From an uncultured bacterium (GTDB lineage: Bacteria; CSSED10-310; CAZUFC01): a stretch of 12,494 nt of DNA. The position numbers and the translations under genes are program-made. The notes below the pieces were generated by a model. The model saw nothing but the letters and a program-made list of their open reading frames with translations, was not told the origin of the DNA and did not search any database. The stretch lies in assembly GCA_964619725.1 (NCBI GenBank), contig CAZUFC010000191.1:1-12494 (forward strand), in the 5' to 3' direction. Numbering within the stretch: the stretch's first letter is position 1; each line of letters starts with the position of its first letter. This document shows positions 7,503-12,494 of this stretch, piece by piece.

Positions 7503-9695
7503 TCAAACGGACCAATTTAAATCCTCGAAATTTTTTGACGGCACTGTAAAAATCACGTCTTCGTTCTGGGGATACCGTTCAACCCAGGCTCCCTCCAATT
7601 TTAATGAAACAGAGAAGGAGATTCTGTTTCCGGGTTTGGCTTCAATTTTGTCGAACGGTATGCGGATTTCCACTATTTCTTTGAAAACGGCCATAGGTCC
7701 GCTTTTCTTCGACGCCGCCTCTTCCCCGCCGGTTTTTATTATTTCCTTTAAGGGGAATGAGAAGTTGCAGTTTTGATCCGGCGTGGTCAATTCGACCCGG
7801 ATTTCTCCGGCGGCCGGTTTGTTTTTCAAAAAGGTCTCCGAGGGATCGAGCCGGATAAAGAAATTTTCGAGATTGAATCCCATGAACAACGTTTGAAAAT
7901 GCTGGTGTACAGAGGGATGAATGGCGCCGTATCTTTTTTTCTCCAGGACTTTCCCGGCGCCCAGCCAGTCAAAATAGCTGCTCAAATACCCGTCGATTTT
8001 CGGATTAATGAATGATGTGGGCATTTGTATTTCGCATGTCGATTTCTGGAGGTTTCGGATCGGCTGTCGGAGACTCCTGGGAACTTCCAGGTTCAATTCG
8101 CGATATACTTTTTCCAGATGGTGACGGAATAACTGATCGAATTCAAGCTCGTTTTCAGAAAAATGATCGTCTCCATACCACCAAAACCAGTCGCTGCCCT
8201 CGGCCGGAGATAACGTCTTCAATAAACTCTGCTTCTGGCTCTGGGTTTCCGAATTCTTTTCGATTAACTGGCGCGCCTCCGAAAGCAACTCCCATCCTTT
8301 GTTTTTTTCGTCATGACCGATCCATATATTGAAATTTCCATTTATCCAGGAACCGGGTTTTATATTATTTAAACGGGCGTCCGGCGGGAATTTTTCAAGA
8401 TATTCGGTTAAAGTGACCGTTTCCATCCGGGGATGCTCGCTCAATGCCTCGAAAAGTCCGTTCAGAAAAGGAATACCGCCTTCAGGATAATATTCCCAGG
8501 CATTTTCGCCGTCCAGAATAATGAAGATAACAGGGTCTCGTTTTTTAAGCCTGTTTTGCTTGAAAAATGCAATTATATCTTCGAATTTTTTCATCAGGTC
8601 TTCCACAGCGTCACGGCTGTTCCATTGGGAATATACAAAGCCGATTCTGTCGGAAATATAATGATCACGAAAAATGCAATTAATGTATGACTCACTTTTA
8701 TTAAGAGCGATTCGATAGGGCTGATAAAGCAATTCGGAATAATCGCTGATACCCTTTTCATTGCGAAAGAAATGAATCCCGAATGTTTTAGCCAGTATTT
8801 CCTCGTCAGCAGCGATCCAATTGAAACCGCATTGTTTAACGATCGGTAAAATTTCCTGAGCGACGGAGCCTTCCGACGGCCACAAACCTTGAGGGGGATT
8901 TCCAAAGAGGTCCGTGAACAATTTTCGCCCCATATTCAGATGAAATTTTGCGTCGTCGGGCCATTGAAACGGATGACGCGGTAAAGTTACGAAGGGATCG
9001 GCTTCCCTGGCCAGGTTAGTGTCGTACAAAAGGGGCAAAATGGGGTGATGGTAAGGAGAAGTGGTCAGTTCAAAGGATTCGCTTTGAATTCCTTCTCTTA
9101 ATTGATCCAAAACCCGGCCCATCCAATGGAGATGTCTTTCCAGGAGAACGTTTTTCTCCTCTTCAGAGAAATTGGTCCCCTTCTCCATCAAGTTCCTGAT
9201 ATGCTCATCTTTTTGAAGGATCATTCCATGAACCCAAGTTAAATTGTACCAAACCTGCAAATCCAGCCAGTCTTGAGAACTGAAGAAATTAATTTTTTCG
9301 CGAAGCGCTTCTATGGAAACGTTTTCGCCGCGTTTTTCGTACAACTGACGATATCTCGGGTAAATCGTTATCATCCTGTCTTTATTGCACATGAAGAAAT
9401 TTTTCAGAAGACTCATCTTATCTTCGGAAGATAATTCAGTCGCCTTTTTTTTCGTCAGATCAAACCGAAGGTCCGTGATTCTGTTTTCAGAATAGTCCAG
9501 GATTTGCTCAAGCAGGCAGGGCGTGAAATTGAAATTCATCCTTATACCGGGATGTTTTAATGCGAGGGCCGGCAATCCGTAATAATCTTTAACGGAATGC
9601 AGTCTGACCCATGGAAGGAGTGTTTTATTTTCAGAGAGTTTATAGGTCGGCTGGTGCATATGCCAGAGGAAGGCGACGTATAATTTTCTTTCCAT
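7503..9695 (-). CDS. Glycoside hydrolase family 57, amylopullulanase-like (~730 aa), probably cytoplasmic
   Basis: GH57 conserved regions: WHMHQP, TTSPYHHPILPL, GLWPSEG (Glu nucleophile), LDGENAWE (Asp acid/base), AEGSDWFWW. Start moved to ATG 9695 (SD AAGGA). No signal peptide. Confidence 0.92.
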   Translation of the reverse strand: MERKLYVAFLWHMHQPTYKLSENKTLLPWVRLHSVKDYYGLPALALKHPGIRMNFNFTPCLLEQILDYSENRITDLRFDLTKKKATELSSEDKMSLLKNFFMCNKDRMITIYPRYRQLYEKRGENVSIEALREKINFFSSQDWLDLQVWYNLTWVHGMILQKDEHIRNLMEKGTNFSEEEKNVLLERHLHWMGRVLDQLREGIQSESFELTTSPYHHPILPLLYDTNLAREADPFVTLPRHPFQWPDDAKFHLNMGRKLFTDLFGNPPQGLWPSEGSVAQEILPIVKQCGFNWIAADEEILAKTFGIHFFRNEKGISDYSELLYQPYRIALNKSESYINCIFRDHYISDRIGFVYSQWNSRDAVEDLMKKFEDIIAFFKQNRLKKRDPVIFIILDGENAWEYYPEGGIPFLNGLFEALSEHPRMETVTLTEYLEKFPPDARLNNIKPGSWINGNFNIWIGHDEKNKGWELLSEARQLIEKNSETQSQKQSLLKTLSPAEGSDWFWWYGDDHFSENELEFDQLFRHHLEKVYRELNLEVPRSLRQPIRNLQKSTCEIQMPTSFINPKIDGYLSSYFDWLGAGKVLEKKRYGAIHPSVHQHFQTLFMGFNLENFFIRLDPSETFLKNKPAAGEIRVELTTPDQNCNFSFPLKEIIKTGGEEAASKKSGPMAVFKEIVEIRIPFDKIEAKPGNRISFSVSLKLEGAWVERYPQNEDVIFTVPSKNFEDLNWSV

Positions 9696-9709
9696 TGAAA
9701 ATTCCTTAT

Positions 9710-9752
9710 AAAAACAGCCCCCGCTCCACATCGTAATTCATGTAAAGCGGGG
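9710..9752 (-). terminator. Stem-loop between ahcY and GH57 (weak intrinsic terminator or stability hairpin)
   Basis: Minus-strand RNA CCCCGCUUUACAU-GAAUUACG-AUGUGGAGCGGGG forms a 13-bp stem including two G-U pairs (9719-9752), followed by GCUGUUUUA. Confidence 0.55.
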
Positions 9753-9777
9753 ATGATTTACTGTTTATCTCTTTTTT

Positions 9778-11037
9778 TTACGTTCCGATGGACCAGGAAG
9801 CCAAATATTCTTTTTGCTCTTCAGTCAATTCGTCAATTTCAATGTTCATGGTCTGGAGTTTTAATTTGGCGATTTCCTGATCAAGGTGTTTGGGAACAGG
9901 ATAAACCAAATTCTTTAAATTTCCTTTATCCTCGCCGGCCAAATATTCTGCGGATAAGGCCTGATTGGCGAAACTCATATCCATCACGCAAGCCGGGTGA
10001 CCTTCTGCAGCCGCAAGGTTAATCAGCCTACCCTCTCCCAGTATGTGGATTTTCCGGCCGTCTTCGAGGGTATGCTCATCAATAAAATCCCTGATTCTTC
10101 TTTTTGATTCCGTGACGGTTTCCAGTCCCGGCAGGTCCAGTTCAACATTAAAGTGTCCGGAATTGCAGACTATGGCTCCGCTTTTCATTTTAAGGAAATG
10201 TTCTTTTCTGATGACGTTAATGTCGCCGGTCAGGGTAACGAAGAGTTCTCCGATTTCAGCAGCCTCAGCAATAGGCATAACTCGAAAACCGTCCATAACA
10301 GCTTCGAGAGCTCTGACGTGATCGACTTCAACGACGATCACATTTCCGCCCAATCCTTTCAATCTCATCGCTGTGCCTCTTCCGCACCAGCCGTATCCGC
10401 ACACGACGCAGACTTTACCCGCTATCAGACGGTTAGTAGCCCGAATAATTCCGTCAACTGTACTTTGTCCGGTTCCATATCGATTATCGAAGAAATGTTT
10501 TGTTTCAGCGTCATTTACAGCGATTATGGGATAGCGCAGCACATTATTCTTTGCCATGCTCGTCAGACGGATGACGCCAGTGGTCGTTTCTTCAGTTCCA
10601 CCGATAATATTGGGCAAAAGCTCCGTTCTTGTTTTGTGCAGAGTTGAAACCAGGTCAGCGCCGTCATCCATCGTAATTTCGGGTTCGATATCCAGTGCGG
10701 AATTAACGTGTTTGTAATAAGTTTCGTTATCTTCGCCTTTAATCGCAAAAACGGGAATTTCGTAATTTTTAACAAGCGCGGCAGAGATGTCGTCTTGAGT
10801 GCTTAAAGGATTGGAAGCGCATAATGCGACATGCGCGCCGCCGGCTTTCAGCGTGATCATCAGATTAGCGGTTTCAGAGGTTACATGAAGACACGCCGCC
10901 AGTTTAAGATTTTTCAGAGGTTTTTCTTTTTCAAACCGTTCTTTGATCGATTTGAGAACGGGCATATCTTCTGCTGCCCAATCCAATCGGATTTGGCCTT
11001 TTTCAGCAAGTTCCAGATTCTTGACATCGTATTCCAC
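9778..11037 (-). CDS. ahcY: Adenosylhomocysteinase (SAH hydrolase), short 419-aa type
   Basis: Motifs [36 protein letters not shown]-binding [33 protein letters not shown] start with SD AAGGAG, 12 bp downstream of metK. Confidence 0.97.
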   Translation of the reverse strand: MEYDVKNLELAEKGQIRLDWAAEDMPVLKSIKERFEKEKPLKNLKLAACLHVTSETANLMITLKAGGAHVALCASNPLSTQDDISAALVKNYEIPVFAIKGEDNETYYKHVNSALDIEPEITMDDGADLVSTLHKTRTELLPNIIGGTEETTTGVIRLTSMAKNNVLRYPIIAVNDAETKHFFDNRYGTGQSTVDGIIRATNRLIAGKVCVVCGYGWCGRGTAMRLKGLGGNVIVVEVDHVRALEAVMDGFRVMPIAEAAEIGELFVTLTGDINVIRKEHFLKMKSGAIVCNSGHFNVELDLPGLETVTESKRRIRDFIDEHTLEDGRKIHILGEGRLINLAAAEGHPACVMDMSFANQALSAEYLAGEDKGNLKNLVYPVPKHLDQEIAKLKLQTMNIEIDELTEEQKEYLASWSIGT

Positions 11038-11049
11038 TCAAAAACTCCT

Positions 11050-12204
11050 TTACAGTCCGGCAGACTGTCTGATGACGTCAGCCGTATCTGTTTTTTCCCA
11101 CGTGAAGGATTCCAGGTCTTCAGTGCGTCCGAAATGACCGTAAGCAGCCGTTTTCTTGAAAATAGGTCTTCTAAGCTGAAGTTTTTCGATCATGCCTTTG
11201 GGCGTTAACGGAAAATGTTCTCTGATCAGTTTAATAACGTCCTGGTCGGAGAGCTTTGCATCCTCTGCCATATGAACCATAATGGAAACAGGTTCCGGTA
11301 CGCCGATCGAATAAGCCAACTGAACTTCTATTGCACGGGAAATTCCTGCAGCGACTAAGTTTTTAGCGATATAGCGCGCCATGTAAGAACCTGAACGGTC
11401 GACTTTCGTCGGGTCCTTGCCTGAAAAACAACCGCCGCCATGACTTCCGACGCCTCCGTAAGTATCGACGATGATCTTGCGGCCTGTTAATCCTGTATCG
11501 GCCTGAGGACCGCCATGCACGAATCTTCCTGTGGCGTTGATATGGAACTTTGTGTCGTCGTGCAATAAATTCCTGGGAATGATCTCCGCTATGCATTTTT
11601 CCCTGATGTCTTCCCGCAACTCCCTCAATGTTATATCAGGACTGTGTTGAATGGCTATGACGACAGCTTCGATACTCGCCGGCTTACCGTCCTCATATCT
11701 GACGGTAACCTGGGATTTTCCGTCCGGTCTTAAATAATCCAGAACGTGAGTTTTTCTTAAATCCGTCAGTTTTTGGACTAACTTGTGAGCATACATAATA
11801 GGCGCCGGCATTAATTCAGGCGTTTCATTGCATGCGTATCCGAACATCAGTCCCTGGTCCCCTGCGCCGCCCGGGTCCACACCTTGAGCGATATCAGGCG
11901 ACTGCTCATCTATAGCCGTCAAAACCGCACAGGTTTCGTAATCAAATCCATACTTTGCTCTTGTGTAACCAATGTCGCGTACCGTATTTCTAACGATTTT
12001 CGGTATATCGACATATATCTTTGTGCTGATCTCACCGGCAACCATAACCAATCCGGTAGTCAACAATGTTTCGCAGGCCACGCGCCCCATAGGGTCCCCT
12101 TCCATTACAGCATCAAGGACCGCATCAGAAATCTGATCCGCAATTTTATCCGGGTGTCCTTCAGTCACTGATTCCGAACTAAACAGAAAATTCCCGTTGT
12201 TCAT
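11050..12204 (-). CDS. metK: S-adenosylmethionine synthetase (384 aa)
   Basis: Motifs [69 protein letters not shown] 6 nt upstream. Confidence 0.98.
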   Translation of the reverse strand: MNNGNFLFSSESVTEGHPDKIADQISDAVLDAVMEGDPMGRVACETLLTTGLVMVAGEISTKIYVDIPKIVRNTVRDIGYTRAKYGFDYETCAVLTAIDEQSPDIAQGVDPGGAGDQGLMFGYACNETPELMPAPIMYAHKLVQKLTDLRKTHVLDYLRPDGKSQVTVRYEDGKPASIEAVVIAIQHSPDITLRELREDIREKCIAEIIPRNLLHDDTKFHINATGRFVHGGPQADTGLTGRKIIVDTYGGVGSHGGGCFSGKDPTKVDRSGSYMARYIAKNLVAAGISRAIEVQLAYSIGVPEPVSIMVHMAEDAKLSDQDVIKLIREHFPLTPKGMIEKLQLRRPIFKKTAAYGHFGRTEDLESFTWEKTDTADVIRQSAGL

Positions 12205-12257
12205 ATTCTTCCTCCTTCAGGAATAAAATAGGTGGCCGAAAGGAGATCGACCAAAGC
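12205..12257 (-). promoter_or_regulatory. Structured metK 5' leader (candidate translational control element)
   Basis: Hairpin UGGUCGA/UCGGCCA (12233-12253) with loop UCUCCUU complementary to the SD AAGGAGG (12211-12217). Confidence 0.4.
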
Positions 12258-12262
12258 AAGGA

Positions 12263-12292
12263 AAGCTATCACGATAAATTACTAACTGTCAA
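12263..12292 (-). promoter_or_regulatory. sigma70 promoter of metK-ahcY
   Basis: Perfect -35 TTGACA (12292-12287), 18 bp spacer ending TGn, -10 TAGCTT (12268-12263). Confidence 0.7.
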
Positions 12293-12309
12293 GGCAAAAG
12301 TCGCTCTAA

Positions 12310-12348
12310 GGTTTACGTCCGTCGTGAGCCGCGGGAAGGACGGAAACC
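12310..12348. repeat. 39-bp inverted-repeat element
   Basis: GGTTTACGTCC (12310-12320) / GGACGGAAACC (12338-12348), 10/11. The arms resemble the GTTTTTGTCC end of the 29-170 element. Confidence 0.5.
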
Positions 12349-12360
12349 AAAAAACTCGCA

Positions 12361-12441
12361 GCGACTGTCCAGAATTAAATTTTGATGATGGACAAGCACT
12401 TCGGTTTATGGACAGAAACAAATGAGACTGTGGACAGGCGC
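12361..12441. mobile_element. 81-bp MITE-like element
   Basis: Terminal inverted repeats GCGACTGTCCAGA (12361-12373) / TGTGGACAGGCGC (12429-12441), 11/13. The left end recurs inverted at 1-24. TGGACA occurs at 12389, 12409 and 12431. Confidence 0.55.
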
Positions 12442-12494
12442 TAACCCGCATTTCTCATACAAAACCTGTTACGAGCGTCCATATCCCCGCACCT
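12441..12494 (-). mobile_element. Probable right end of an IS1380-family element (transposase C-terminus), truncated by the window edge
   Basis: Terminus CCCGCATTTCTCAT starts at 12445. The minus-strand frame is open as RCGDMDARNRFCMRNAG* with the TAG stop just outside the terminus. CC- ends and an MRNAG/VRNPG-like C-terminus are recalled IS1380 traits. Only 50 bp are visible. Confidence 0.55.

Noticed and set aside
9696..9731. Longer GH57 start at 9731
   Set aside because: It lies within the hairpin; ATG 9695 has an SD and gives the usual N-terminus before WHMHQP.
704..12171. Short alternative-frame and antisense ORFs within the main genes
   Set aside because: They are shadows of well-supported CDSs and show no motifs.
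12365..12437. DnaA-box cluster/oriC (CTGTCCACA, CTGTCCATA, TTGTCCATC, CTGTCCAGA)
   Set aside because: Each has at least 2 mismatches to TTATCCACA, all lie within repeat termini, and a dif site 6 kb away argues against an origin.
12269..12451. 60-aa minus-strand ORF
   Set aside because: Crosses repeats and the metK promoter; no SD or motif.
12205..12494. SAM-I (S-box) or SAM-III (SMK) riboswitch upstream of metK
   Set aside because: No AUC-AGAG...GCAACC...GUGC...GAU core or SMK consensus seen, and the predicted leader is too short.
1..12494. Composite transposon carrying the whole window; CRISPR array; tRNA/rRNA
   Set aside because: The cargo is housekeeping genes plus dif and no transposase or TSD is visible. 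No regularly spaced repeat-spacer units or structural RNA signatures were seen.

Overview
Bacterial chromosomal segment, lineage not determinable from sequence alone. Mostly minus-strand genes: metK-ahcY (SAM synthesis and SAH hydrolysis), a GH57 amylopullulanase-like hydrolase, a GT-C-fold membrane glycosyltransferase, a large membrane protein with degenerate PAS/GAF-like domains but no output domain, and a Drg-type TGS GTPase. A 28-bp XerCD dif site lies at 6048-6075, so the window probably spans the replication terminus. Beside it, on the + strand, is an apparently collapsed ABC operon: the first ~22 codons of an ATPase gene are joined out of frame to an N-truncated ABC-2 permease. Both window ends carry clusters of short inverted-repeat (MITE-like) elements that share termini, and the right end runs into a probable IS1380-family right end. 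The most novel candidates are a ~53-nt metK leader whose hairpin loop is an anti-Shine-Dalgarno sequence (possible new SAM/SAH-responsive switch) and the output-less sensor adjacent to the Drg GTPase. All calls were made by eye; no searches were run.
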